Positions 37,348 through 50,829 of a stretch of DNA of 64,000 bases are shown piece by piece; the stretch's first letter is position 1; every line of letters starts with the position of its first letter. The position numbers and the translations under genes were made by a program. A model generated the notes under the pieces. That model saw only the letters and a program-made list of their open reading frames with translations. It was not told the origin of the DNA and did not search any database. This stretch comes from Antedon mediterranea (taxonomy: Eukaryota; Animalia; Echinodermata), in contig NC_092675.1 in NCBI RefSeq assembly GCF_964355755.1, positions 17,084,912 through 17,148,911 on the forward strand. Direction: 5' to 3'.

Positions 37348-38685
37348 AGGGAGTTTTCGCAATCTTACAAATACGACAACAAAAACGGATACGTCACGCA
37401 CACGTATTCGTTTTTCGTAAGCCAGTAAAAATCTGTTTCACATGGCAACGAAAAATTTAGGGCGCCGTCCAAAATATAACTGCGGTAAATTTGAGCGAAG
37501 CGCAGGTACGTGTTGCTTGGCTGCGTAGCCTAGCGTAGCATCAAAGCGAATAAGGACTTTAAAAACTGCTATTTATCAAAATTGTCCTGGCATTTTAGTA
37601 AATTACTTTAGTAAATTACTTTCAATAAAAGTATAATTGTATTATAATCATGAATCATTCCTGATTCAAATGCAAAATGTGCAAAATAGATCAAAAACTA
37701 TACTCGTTTTGTAGTTACGAATATGACTGGTGATATTCGTCAACACGAATACGCTTTACCAAAGAATATATATCACAAGAATGAGTATTCCGCGATTTTT
37801 GCATGAGAAATTTGTAACAGAGAGCTCCAGAGAGTGATGCCCGCCCTCATAAGGGCGGATGTATACATACTAAATAAGACTTGATTTAATAGATATTATA
37901 CATGTCACATTAAATAGAATTATGATAATATATTTTGCAATTTAAACTATTTTATAATACATATTTATTAACAAACTAGTGTACATTCACTTTTACAGAC
38001 AATTATTTACTAATGCTAAGTTAGTTCACAAAAAAAGCCTAACACAGCAACACCAAAAATCAACGAATCATTACTCAGCACGGCCTATTCTTTACCATTG
38101 CCGTGTACTACTCTACGCCCGGTAAATTAAGTATTGTTTTTATGATATAAATTAGTATAAAATACATGTTATTAATAGGACAAAATGTTAAATATCATTA
38201 ACATTTATTTGTTTTACCAGAAACAAGTTAAATATAGGAATATTATTAAACTATTGTTTGTGAAAACGCGTAAACACCAACACGCCCGGTCACGCTATCG
38301 TAGCGACCGGTTGATAAAGCAAACTGTTTATACGGCAGTTTTTACTAAATAAATTGCATAAAACGAACAATTAAATATCCAAATAGTATTTAACATGATG
38401 TTGGCATGTAGTTTATAACATTTTTTATCATGAAAATACTACCGGTGGTCCAGCCTTTGATTAGTGAAACCGTCACAAAAAGTTGTATACATCCCAGATA
38501 CATCCACACTTATGGCGGTGCCCTACCACATGGACAATATTACTGTTACAGGGAAAATCGCGGATTACTCATTCTTTTGATATTCTTTGGCTTTACGAAT
38601 ATGAAATGGGGATCAGCTCAAAAGTTTCACAAATGTGTTACGTACTGTTTTCGTTATCGTATTCGTAAGGTTGCGAAAACTCCCT
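37348..38685. mobile_element. 1.34-kb non-autonomous PIF/Harbinger-superfamily element (Pangu-like)
   Basis: ~39-bp TIR AGGGAGTTTTCGCAAYCTTACRAATACGAYAACRAAAAC. ATT duplicated at 37345-37347 and 38686-38688. No transposase ORF. Confidence 0.85.
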
Positions 38686-39699
38686 ATTGATAGTTGTTTA
38701 TCTCCTGTATCTTCCTTACCATTGTGTCATCCTAAACTCATGCCACAAGACACCTGCTGTACCATCCCACCTACTGACAATTTAAAAGGGAGTGCATGCT
38801 CTGACAATTTTCCTCATAACCATATTCTGATGATTTATGTTACCGGTGCATGGTTTTATGACATTTATGTTGTTTTTTGGTTTTCAATTTCTTTATTTAT
38901 TAGTGCTGTTGGTATTGAGAACCAAAGGTATAAAGAACATTGAACATTCAAAATTTAAATGTGGCACTGAGTATTAGGTCACTCTTTATATTAATCTCAT
39001 TCTGTACTAAGTAAAGGCATTTTGATATGCGGGTGTAAAGTACCAGCTTAATATTTCTGACATGCATATATATTATGTAAAATTGACAACTATGTTAATA
39101 CCTGTCATTTTTTATAGGTCTATATAGTTTGTTACTGGTAGTACTAATGCAGAAACTCTAATTTGTTGACACCCACAAATATGGATGTTAGTTGTGGGAC
39201 TGAGAGAAGGGGTAGGGGTAGAGTGCAGTCCGTACTAATTGTACTATTCAAGTTTAAATTAAATTTAATATAGTAGGTATTAGTACTGTAGTATAGTAAC
39301 ATGATGGATTCATAAGGCTATATTTGTTTTTAGATCAATGAACATGCATGTTCATGAAACAATGTTTACTAATTTCTTGATGTTTTACACACATTATCAA
39401 GGTTACTACAATCTCATTGATTGCTTTATGTACCAATTCTCACACTGTAGTTATTCTAACACTTTTTATAATTGAATCCAACTATTATATACTGTGTGAT
39501 ACTTCTGCATGATAAAACTGAGTAAATCCTCAAGTTGACCCAAATAAAGATATATTAAATTTACAGTTGACTGATTAATCGAAGCCTTTGGCTACAGTTG
39601 TCTCATTGACTGCAGCTTATCTTGGAAATACTTAATTTGAATTTGATTTAAATTGTATCAAAGTTAATGATGATGTCTTATCATTTTGTGATACTATTA

Positions 39700-40888
39700 C
39701 AAATTGAGTTAAGTTTGGGATAGTGTGAGTATGTTTAAGTCTGCTCTGTAGCGCCACTTGAACATGGTATTTTAAAGTCAAGTTTGGGCTTGTGTGAGTT
39801 ATGTTCAAATTGGCTCTGTAGCACCACTTGAACATGGTCGGAGTTAAAAGTTTTGGCTAATGTGAAAATGTTGAAATCTGCTCTGTAGTGTTACTTTACA
39901 TGATATTGAGTCAAGTTTGGCTAGTGTGAGTATGTTCAAATCTGCTCTGTAGCACCACTTGAACATGGTCGGAGTTAAGTTTTGGCTAATGTGAAAATGT
40001 TGAAATCTGCTCTGTAGTGTTACTTTACATGATATTGAGTCAAGTTTGGCTAGTGTGAGTATGTTCAAATCTGCTCTGTAGCACCACTTGAACATGATAT
40101 TGAGTCAAGTTTAGGCTAGTGTGAGTATGTTCAAATCTGCTCTGTAGCACCACTTGAACATGATATTGAGTCAAGTTTGGCTAGTGTGAGTATGTTCAAA
40201 TCTGCTCTGTAGCACCACTTGAACATGATATTGAGTCAAGTTTGGGCTAGTGTGAGTATGTTCAAATCTGCTCTGTAGCACCACTTGAACATGATATTGA
40301 GTCAAGTTTAGGCTAGTGTGAGTATGTTCAAATCTGCTCTGTAGCACCACTTGAACATGATATTGAGTCAAGTTTGGGCTAGTGTGAGTATGTTCAAATC
40401 TGCTCTGTAGCACCACTTGAACATGATATTGAGTCAAGTTTAGGCTAGTGTGAGTATGTTCAAATCTGCTCTGTACCACCACTTGAACATGATATTGAGT
40501 CAAGTTTGGCTAGTGTGAGTATGTTCAAATCTGCTCTGTAGCACCACTTGAACACATAATATTGAGTCAAGTTTGGGATAGTGTGAAAATGTTCAAATCT
40601 GCTTTGTAGTGCCATTTGAACATGACATTGAGTATTTTTCTAGTGTGAGTATGTTCAAATCTGCTCTGTAGCACCACTTGAACATGATATTGAGTCAAGT
40701 TTAGGCTAGTGTGAGTATGTTCAAATCTGCTCTGTAGCACCACTTGAACATGATATTGAGTCAAGTTTAGGCTAGTGTGAGTATGTTCAAATCTGCTCTG
40801 TAGCACCACTTGAACATGATATTGAGTCAAGTTTGGGCTAGTGTGAGTATGTTCAAATCTGCCCTGTAGCACCACTTGAACATGATAT
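39700..40888. repeat. Tandem array, 65-66-bp unit, ~18 copies
   Basis: Unit AGTCAAGTTTGGGCTAGTGTGAGTATGTTCAAATCTGCTCTGTAGCACCACTTGAACATGATATTG. Dimeric variant at 39845-40095. Confidence 0.95.
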
Positions 40889-43044
40889 TTGAACTTAAAA
40901 GTTATTTTACCTCATTCATTGTTAGAAGTGAAGTTACATACAGGGATCATATTCAGTGACGAAAGTAGAGGCATGAGACCTGGTTTTAGAGACCCTAAAC
41001 CTTGGGTGTTTTTCTGTTCTTTCCTTTGGGCCCTGCTTAGGGGTGCCCGTAAGCTCATGGGCCCCAGGGTTTAGTTAGTGAATGCTCATAGCTGATCATA
41101 TACAGTACTATGAGTCTCAGCATCTGCCAGACATGCACAAGACCTAGTAAGGTCGGTAAACTTTGCAAGCATCAAGAACAGCATTTTGACAGCAAATTTA
41201 AGAGAAAGGGAGAAAAGGGCGTATAATTATTCAGTATTTAGCTGTTGATAGATACAATTTGTTTTAATACCTAAAGTGTATATTTTGATTAAATGAATAA
41301 AAGACTAGTAGTTGCCAGAATTTCTAAGAAATGTAGTCCCATCACTCACCACATATATCGTGGGTCAATTTGTAAGGAGTTCAGGAAAGGAAAGAAAAAT
41401 TAGACTGTAAGCACAAGTTATCATCCACAACATAATGGGGTCAGATTTTGGTCAAAACTTTGGAAAAACCACAGAGTTGTGCTTTAGTGTTCATTTTTAA
41501 TATTAAAAATGTGCATAGGAAGAAGAATTAGTAGAATGTATATGTACATTTGGAAGCTAGCTGTACTCTTCTATAAATTGAATGCCATGGTTGCTGCTAA
41601 TCTCTGGTATGATTATACCAGTTACAGCAGCAGAATTAGACGAATAATAGTACAGTAGTCATGGATGTATATTATCTAACCCCATAGTTTCATATAAATT
41701 ATAACTATTGTACCAGTTTAAATGGTTTGTAACTGGTGTTACAGTGTATCAAAGTCCAAAGAAATACCCAAAACTGTGTCATGGCCTCCAAGGATGATGT
41801 TATAGTGGAACACATTAAGAGTTTGTAGCAGATGCTTCCTATATCAGCGGACATCAACAACTTGATATCAATTTTTCTTGTCATATTTTGAGAATTCTTT
41901 TCTAAAATAAATTAATGGTTCCAGGCAACCGATTGATTCCGACATAAAACTAAATATTATCCTATCGAATAGGAAATGAATTCTTTGCACTTGGTTAAAC
42001 ATGCTTAAAAAAAGTTCCCAAAGTAAAAGTACTTTAGAGTTCATGGTGAACCAAAAGTCCAATCAAGTTAAGCATAATGTTAAAAAAAGTGGTCTTGCTT
42101 GTCCAGTTTCAGATGAGTTTGGGTCATACAGAATATCAACACCCTTTTTTTTTTCTTTTGTAAAAGAAATGGTGACTAGAATGAGTTTTTACACTAAAAA
42201 TTCATGGTTTGGAAGTTGGTTGTGCGACAAAAGCCTTATTTTATAACTTGATCATATCGTAATTTTACGTGCATTTTTTATTTTGTATATAACATAGACC
42301 AGGTGATAAACAATAAAGAGTTCTCATCACAACCTCTTAAATTTGGTGCAGGATTTTGGTAAACTTAATTTCGTCTTACATCATATCATTAGATGTCATA
42401 TTAAGTGAAGGTTAAGTATAATAGAAGCCAGTCGTAGACCCTTATTAGGCCTACACATTTACACTAACATTACGGAAGGACATGTTTTTAAAAATATATT
42501 AACAGCAGGAAAATAAAATTATAGTCAGATTTATAATTTTCAATGTCAAACAAAGATGAAAGATTTTTGATGTGGGGTTAGCTTTCGAACACTGGCGGTT
42601 GACGAGAACCATGTCATCTATTTTCAATGGCCTCAAGAGCAACCCCTTCCCACTCCTCCTCAGTGTTTGTGATCTCTGTTAAAAGCCTGACCATAGAAAG
42701 CTTGTTAATTAGCCATGAAAATCAATAACAAACATTGGTATTTTATTTTGAAATCAGATGACCTAACCCAATTTTGCAAACTGTTTCAATGTTAATAAAA
42801 GAAATCAATGATATTTGATTACAACCTATATTTAAAGTAGTTTGGTATTACAAGTTGGTAACCATGGTAACCAATTAGAAATCGGAGTAATCAAACACCA
42901 TCATTAATTCTTTGTTTGTCTTGCTTGAGTATTGAGATTTTTGAGAGATGTGAAATATACATATTGGCTACAAAGAGTATATAGTACAGTCGTACACTTT
43001 AGATTGTATGTGATATACTGTACAATACATTTATATAGAACATG

Positions 43045-43283
43045 CACGGGTTCGAGGCTCTCTCACTCCATGGTTCTGGTGGCAGAACGAGTCTTCTTGG
43101 ATAAGGACTATAAACTGTAGGTCCATGGTACACAACTAGCTCGTGTGCACTGAAGCTAGTACATCTTTTGAGACGAGTAGGGGGTTACCCCGGTGTACTA
43201 GTATGTCACAGCCACTGATCACAAACTGGGCCCTCTGAAGAGGTCACCAAGTATAAACAAATTAAATAAACTAAACTAAACTA
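43045..43283 (+). mobile_element. tRNA-derived SINE with Deu/Nin-like central domain (5' truncated)
   Basis: B-box GGTTCGAGGC. Core GGATAAGGACTATAAACTGTAGGTCC..GAGTAGGGGGTTACCCCGGTGT. (TAAAC)n tail. Confidence 0.75.
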
Positions 43284-43630
43284 ATGAACATTTGATAAAA
43301 TATATAATATATGCATGAGATATAAATGGGGTGTTTTCAAGAAATATTGTTCCCCAAAAATAAAAAATAATGATGAATATTGATGTCAAAATAGGATTTT
43401 GCTACACAAAAAAATAGAACATAATGATTTTGCAAAATTAAAAATAAAAAACCCAAACTAAATGATATAATACTTATGTAACAACTTCAGGGATTTTTCT
43501 CTAAATGATAGAAACAATATTGGTACCAATAAAGAGTGAAATCAACTCCTCTCTTAAAAACTCCACAATGTTCATATATTTAGGAAACTGTATAAAAAAC
43601 ATCTATTAGAAAATTATATAATATGATAAA

Positions 43631-43731
43631 GTAATTAGTAAACCCATTCTTATGCATTTGATTTCAGAAAGTAATTCGTAAACCCATTCTTATGCATTTG
43701 ATTTCAGAAAGTAATTCGTAAACCCATTCTT
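43631..43731. repeat. 40-bp tandem repeat, 2.5 copies
   Basis: GTAATTMGTAAACCCATTCTTATGCATTTGATTTCAGAAA at 43631, 43671 and 43711 (partial). Confidence 0.9.
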
Positions 43732-44667
43732 CTTTTATAAATCAAAAATAAAAATTAATTGTTTGCTTAGTTTAAATGTAGTATTTTATTGGAAAATTTC
43801 TATGAAATTATAATTTTGAGCTGATTTACATTTATTAATGAATTTTATATTTAAATGGGGTTTTTTCTTTTATAAGCATCTGCTTCAAGAATTTTCCCCT
43901 TTTTTTTGTTTAAATCAATTTTGTAATTATAAATGTTAATTTTGTTGTTTATTTATCTACTTTATTTACAAAGAAAACAAAAGAAGTTGTCATTGTCATA
44001 TTAATACAAATGAAAACATGGAATTTCAGGACTGTGACCTGGAAGAAAGAAAATATTTATTCTTATTTAATCAAAAATTCAAAGATAAAATTAAATTTGA
44101 TGACGAAAATGATTTGCTATTATCATTGTACTATCATAAGCTAAATAGTGCAAGTTTAAACTCGGAATTGTTTGATCAATGTCTGTAAACACAGCTGCTG
44201 TAAATATATTATTTTATTTTTGTAACTTCTTAATGATAATTGATTAATTACCATCATTAATCATTAATTAATTTAAATGTTAATGGCTATTTTAATGAAT
44301 AAATGTTAATCCGTTTAATGCATTTTTTAATTCATTTTTAATCATGTGAATAATGGGATATTTACTGAAGGAGGGGCATTAATTTAGAGAACAGGCTGTT
44401 ATCATATGTCTGTCTTCCCTTAAGGCTGCTAAACGTTATTTGCACATAATGACAGAGATAGCTGGTTATCTGGCAGTGTTCCAAAACGTCCATCTGTTTT
44501 AATGCACCAAACCCTATCGACAAGATCGCCGCCGGATGCCATCATTTGAATCATATCAATGAGAAGAAAATTACTTTGAAAAAGTGGGTTTTTATATTGA
44601 AAAATATTGCATTCAAGCAAAAAGCACAATAGTAAATCTCTTCCAAATATTAAACACCCTTGATCTG

Positions 44668-44812
44668 CTGGGCCAGAATTACTGGATAACCTTGGGCTGG
44701 ACCAGAATTACTGGACATTCTTGAGTTAGGCCAGAATTACTGGACACCCTTGAGTTAGGCCAGAATTACTGGACACCCTTGAGTTAGGCCAGAATTACTG
44801 GACACCTTTTAG
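44668..44812. repeat. 29-bp minisatellite, ~5 copies
   Basis: GGCCAGAATTACTGGACACCCTTGAGTTA repeated. Confidence 0.9.
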
Positions 44813-45637
44813 TTCTCCCAGAATGTCTGGTTTCAGAATAAAAGAAAGAAAACTCCGGGTTTTGGAAGAGTTATCCGTATTCAAGGAGTCTGGTAATTAT
44901 TTATTTATTGCACCATTTTGACTGAGCTGATTTAATGGGGGGCGATGACAGACAATTACATAGAAGCATAAAATATAAAAGTATGTACGATTTAAAACTA
45001 TCTAAAAGCTGTAAAAATAGAAAGGGAGCAAATATTGTAAAGTTAAAAGATTTAAAAATCTTAAAGGTATGTCAGTATAATGGAGAATTTAGGTCTTTTA
45101 AAATGTTACCAACAAAGTCTGTCCTCGAGTATATACATGTATAAATTCTACCAGTAGGCCAAATTCGGCAATCCGCTGGCAGATCTTAATCCTGGGGAGA
45201 TTGCCCTGTTTGAATCACATCGAGAGACAGTATAGGTGTAGTTATGGACTGGGTGGTGGAAGCTGTAAGAATAGTACAAGATTTCTGTATTTTAGAAATG
45301 TTGGTAGGCTTTCGAGGCCCATAACGTTTAAAGGCAATTAGAGAAGTTGACTGTACAATGCAGATTGTAATGATATACTTCAATACTTGGCTATAGAATC
45401 ATTTCAGTTTTTGCTTATCAATACAATTAATATTTTAAAATGCTTGGAATGTATGTTTGGGCCAGGTTTAAATGGTTTGCGTGATAAAAAGAGTTTCAAC
45501 CATATACTGTATGTGCCATTAAATACTGCGAAGTTGAACTTTATTGGCAAGATTCACAGCCGTGTATGGTTTGTTTAATTACAAAATCAGCTATCATTAT
45601 TACTGCTGTCCGTAATGCAAAATCACTGTCTGAAAAC

Positions 45638-45666
45638 CAGGGAAGAGTTAAATTAACTCTTCCCTG
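45638..45666. mobile_element. 29-bp perfect palindrome with 8-bp direct flanks (minimal hAT-like insertion)
   Basis: CTGAAAAC|CAGGGAAGAGTTAA-A-TTAACTCTTCCCTG|CTGAAAAC. Confidence 0.6.
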
Positions 45667-48600
45667 CTGAAAACCAAGTATTTGACACCTATGTATTCCA
45701 ACATCAATATCGGAGACTGACGTAATCAATTCCACCATTGATCTGAACCTTTACCAACACCTCATCTCGCATGATTCTGTTATTATGTTATTATTATTTT
45801 GATGACCTTTAAAAGTTCATTTAGTTTTAATGAACATTCTAATAATAGAATTTTGGACAGTGTGACCTTGGATTAATGGATATTACTTCCGGTAATATCC
45901 TCAGTTTTATACACTTCTCTAAAGTGGCGTTGATATCGAAAATTTGTGGTTAATTTTAACTAGATAATGTATCGCAAATTCTCCGTTTTGTTGACAATAG
46001 GTCTCGACAATTGATAAAAGTAAACACACCAAATGTTTTGGACCAATCCGGTTTTTACCAGTCTTCATTTAACGCAACTTGTAATTTATTTGGAAAATTA
46101 ATTCTAACTACATAGTATGTTTTACTGTAATTGCTGTTATGTTGAGAATAGGTTGGCAATGAAAGTAACAATTCAAATGCTTTGAGAAGATCCTGGATAC
46201 GTCTTCTACTAGTGTACGCAAATGTTTTCAATTAGTGCTCCCTTGCAAATTTAGTTTTTTTTTGGTCAAACCGCAGATCCAGGTCTTTATTGTATTCTTA
46301 CTTCCTATTTAAAATGAAATGAAAACTATAGTTGTAAAGTAAATTGTAGAGACATAGTATAGCTAAATCGTAAGTACAGATATTTTAATGCTAGTATAGC
46401 AACTCCCACTACTCATTCTCCAAGAAAATTGAAGATCACTTTTGTCTCTTTACTAAATCGATCTGCTCATCATTTTTTCTTTATTTTTCCAACTTTTATC
46501 TGTATTTATTATATTATTTTTTAACTTGTCAAGGCAATCCTGCCACAATGTTTTTATCTTCTTGGGATTCTGCTTTCGTCCATTACTTACAAAAAATCTC
46601 AATCTGTGGTCATTACTGTTTTTTAACAAAAATTATTGTCTTTTGCACGACAATGAATTACTTTTGAATAGAATCTTGTGTAATGAGCGTTCTTTACTCT
46701 GTAGTAGTATTTCTGGCATCATAGAAACCAATCTTTTTTTACAATTTAAATTGATAAAAGGGTTACTATTGATATTATTTAGTATCTATCTACTGTTTTT
46801 GAGGATTTTTAATGATAAACCTACGCCCTTTCAATTTATCGTTTCCGTTTAGTATCGTACCAGTATTTTGTCAAATAATTGTCTAAACAAATCATTAGTA
46901 AAGAGGTTATATATTAATTTCTGATGATCCCAAATATGATGGTTGGAAATTTATGTTGTCTCTTTTTTTTACTTTGAGTTTGTTTATAAAACACAATTGG
47001 TTGAATTACGACTACGCATTGAACTGTGTATACACAAGTCATTGTCTGGATCTGACAAAATCCTAAACACTCCCTTTCTGCCATCGATCGAATAAGGCAG
47101 TATAAATTTATAAAAAAATATTTCTCCGATTGATCATGGACTAGTCTGTCGGACCATTTTATTTTATGTGTGACTGTTTTATTAGTGGGACCATTTTATT
47201 GATGCTACTCCCATTGTAATCTGATAATATAAAAAAAAAGAGATAATATTTACAGATTTCTTTAAATTAGGTTACTTAAGTTTGTTACTTCTAAAGGTTT
47301 GTTTTGAACGACAACTAATTTGATTAAAATGCCAGTTTGTGAACCATTACAGTAAGCCAACCTGGTTATATAGTTTAATATTTACATACATTGAGGTTAT
47401 AAAGTCATGACTTGTCAGTGTACAGTCTTTGGAGCATCTTAATTTAGTTGCCAATACAAGACAAGTGACAGATTCGTTCTTTGTGTTATGATTACTGTAC
47501 AAGTTCTCTTTCTTTATACACAAGTTTTCCAAATCCAACTCATACTGTTGATAGGTAGAACAAAACAAATATTAGTTATTAATTATGACAAATTTGTTTA
47601 CTAGTTTAACTATCTCTTGCCTTGATGGTGTGTTCTATTTGGTACAATAATTGGTACAATAATGTTATTTTGAGCATGGCATGTACTGTAAGAAAGTTAC
47701 TTTATATAAAATATATATAACTTTTTCACAAAGTTAGACTTTCTAAAATAACTTAAATGACAAAAGTATACATAGTCAGACAATAATCTATTCTTAATCT
47801 TTTAAACTTGCCAAAAAGAATTGGAATACTTTATAAATTATGGATGGACCAGTTTTTTAATTAAAAAAAATGTAACTTAGGCACATTGCCAAGGACTATC
47901 AATGAATGATGCTTACTCGATCATTAAATATGGTTGAATTGTAAAAGGCCACTGACACAATAATTAATAAAATCTGTACTTCCAATTTTATTCTATTTAA
48001 TTGAATGAAATTCAGTAGACCCCCCCCCCCCCCCACTAATTCATAGCTTCTGTACATACCCACTTTGTAGATCGAATCAATTAAGACATTTATACTTTTA
48101 CATGTTACTTTTCTTCATATTGCACTATTTTCAGGTACAAGTAATAATGAATATGTATATGTTTTGATTGTTTTCTTTTCCCAGTTTCAGGACCCAAACA
48201 AATTAATACCAGTGTTCCCTGAATAGGGATTTGACTCATTATTAGTTTTATTGTAGTGTCCCCTTAATGTCATCTAAAACTATCTTTAATGTTAATTTTT
48301 GTTATACAGAGTTTATTAATATTTACGAATAATTTTGTATGAGTGAGAAAAACCTGTGTTTCCATAAGGACCAATAAATCTGAATCAATACCATAATAAT
48401 CGTGCATGATAGTAATTTCCTGATCAAGGGCACTATTTTTCTACAAAAAATATTTATGAATAGTTTTTTATACCTTTATATAAAACCTGTTTTCATTTAT
48501 GTGACAGAAGTTTGCAAAAATTTTCGAAGAAACTGCAATCATTGCCAAAGTGTATTTATAGATTACAGCACCGGAGATTCTACTAATTATATTAAGTTTT

Positions 48601-49517
48601 TAAACCTAGGTTTATTCCTGTTAAAGTAGGTGAATGTACTTCAGATGTGGATCTGTGATATCCATAGAAAATGGGAAAGTTTATAAAGGGATTTTTTTTT
48701 TTATGCATCTGGGAATATTTATCAAACTGTTGATGTGTAAAATACTGACCTTGATATGTGACCCTTGTTGTCTTTTTTAAGGTACATCTTTTAGGTTAAA
48801 ATAAATTAAGACAAGTTATAGTTAATTAATAATGACGTTCAGTTGACTATTAACTTGTGATGTAGGCCTACTGCTATTAATACTTTTGTCAAAATAACTT
48901 TTTTAAAGGCATGCTAGAATTTTGATTTCGAAGGAAAAAAATAATGTTTTCACGTATAAAAAGGCAATCACCCAAGAACCCATTGGCTGGCAGCCATCTT
49001 TACTATTTTTTGCTTTAAATTACAGTTTTTTCAGGTAAATAATTTTGTTTTCAATCCAATTTATGGTCAAAGTGACTAACTATTTTGGAATATCAAAATG
49101 GCATATTCAACAAAAGAAATTTTAAAAATAATATTTTCAGGGAGACTATATATCTTTAAAATGGCAATAACAGTATTTTCTTTTTTTTTAAATGTCTCTT
49201 TACTAAAATCTAGAAATTAACTGATCTCAATTTAAACCATTTAGACAACGCAAATTGATTCTTATCTTAGTTGGCAAAACGGTTTTGTAGAGAAATTTTA
49301 ACACAATATCAGTCTGATGTCGGAAGTCAATGAACGTTGCGAATATTTGACTAACCTCTAGATAAGAATGATGTCATTGCATGCATAAATAATCATCAAA
49401 CGGATAAAAACGGTTTTATCTTAGATTTTAATTTACATAACAAAAAACACAATCATTGTTTATAAACAAACAATTAAAAGCAGCTCCAAAGAACATGTGA
49501 TTATAAACCTTTATTAG

Positions 49518-49613
49518 AAATTTGTTTACTAACCTCATTCAAATTTGTTTACTAACCTCATTCAAATTTGTTTACTAACCTCATTCAAATTTGTTTGCTA
49601 ACCTCATTCAAAT
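49518..49613. repeat. 23-bp minisatellite, 4 copies
   Basis: AAATTTGTTTACTAACCTCATTC repeated four times. Confidence 0.9.
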
Positions 49614-50829
49614 ATTTTTTTCTAAGCATGACTCCAGATGCTGAAAAGTCCTCAACTTTACCTTGTTTTCTTTTTGGAGTTAGATGTACCGCATCCGTAT
49701 CTGACGTCAGTTTTTATTTGCAAACCATTAAACATTATACGTTTTTATTTAGATCAAAAGTGTGTTTGTACTTGTCTTTCATGGAATGTTTTATGTTATA
49801 TAACACCTAAATAAATTTGATTTATTAGATTCGGACGATTATGGGTCACATGGTGTGCAAAAAAAGCCCCCTATATCTAATTTAATCATGAGGATAATGT
49901 AATATATTATTTCCAGCCATCTAGGTCTTTATTTTTTTAGAACACAACACTCAGTAACTTTCCAATAAAAAAATACTGTACAATTTTTCTTTATATGGCC
50001 CGTAGAGATACCATAATGAACTACAATATCTCTATGATGGGATATATGTACCCTCATCTATACTGAAAATTAGATTTTACATTTCAAGTACAGTAATCAT
50101 GATTTTTATTATTTAAAAAATTGTATAGGTATTTATGGTAATAACAGTGAGTTTTTCAGATAGTGTCTGTTTGACTTTGAAAGAAAATCATCAGTTAATT
50201 ACATATATTTTGATATTTTATTTTCAAAGCATGACTTGTACTTTCTGTACCATTCACAGAAAAAATTAAAATTGTGTTTTGATGCTGATCAAATAAAATA
50301 AGGCTGACATAATAATATTGTAGTTAGGAAAAAAAAATCCCTAATCTGTATTTTTATTATTACAGTAGGCTGTATAGTAGGAGTACTTTTGACTATTGTT
50401 TGTATCATCAAAAAGGTATTTATTAAAATAAGACATCGTAACATGTCGTGTTAATAACATAGTAGGTAAATGAGAAAAATCTAGATATTTCAGAATTAGA
50501 CGAGTTTGAAAATATACCATACCTAAAACAGTTTTAAGTTGTTAAAATATAATTCTTAATGTTTGTTTAGGACGGCCAAGTGTGATGAACTATAAGGTGT
50601 GTCAAAAACAAACTTTTACAAGAGTATCACACCATGTTTACTTTAAAAACAAAGAGCAGTATGGATTATTACGTCGTCACATTTCTAGAAAAATATTTGA
50701 TTTATTAAACTTACTTAGGAAAAAAGTCATCTTTACTTTGTTTGTCAAATTAAAAACTAAGCAAATATTTTTACATAGTTTTTTTCTTAAATATATTATA
50801 TTCCTTATAATATAAAGAACTTTTTTTGT

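Noticed and set aside
1277-40888. CRISPR-like appearance of the 66-69-bp periodic arrays
   Set aside because: No unique spacers, no cas genes, eukaryotic context.
46180-46900. Possible RTE/RTEX LINE relic on minus strand (MDESRIPR)
   Set aside because: Only one short motif; too decayed to call.
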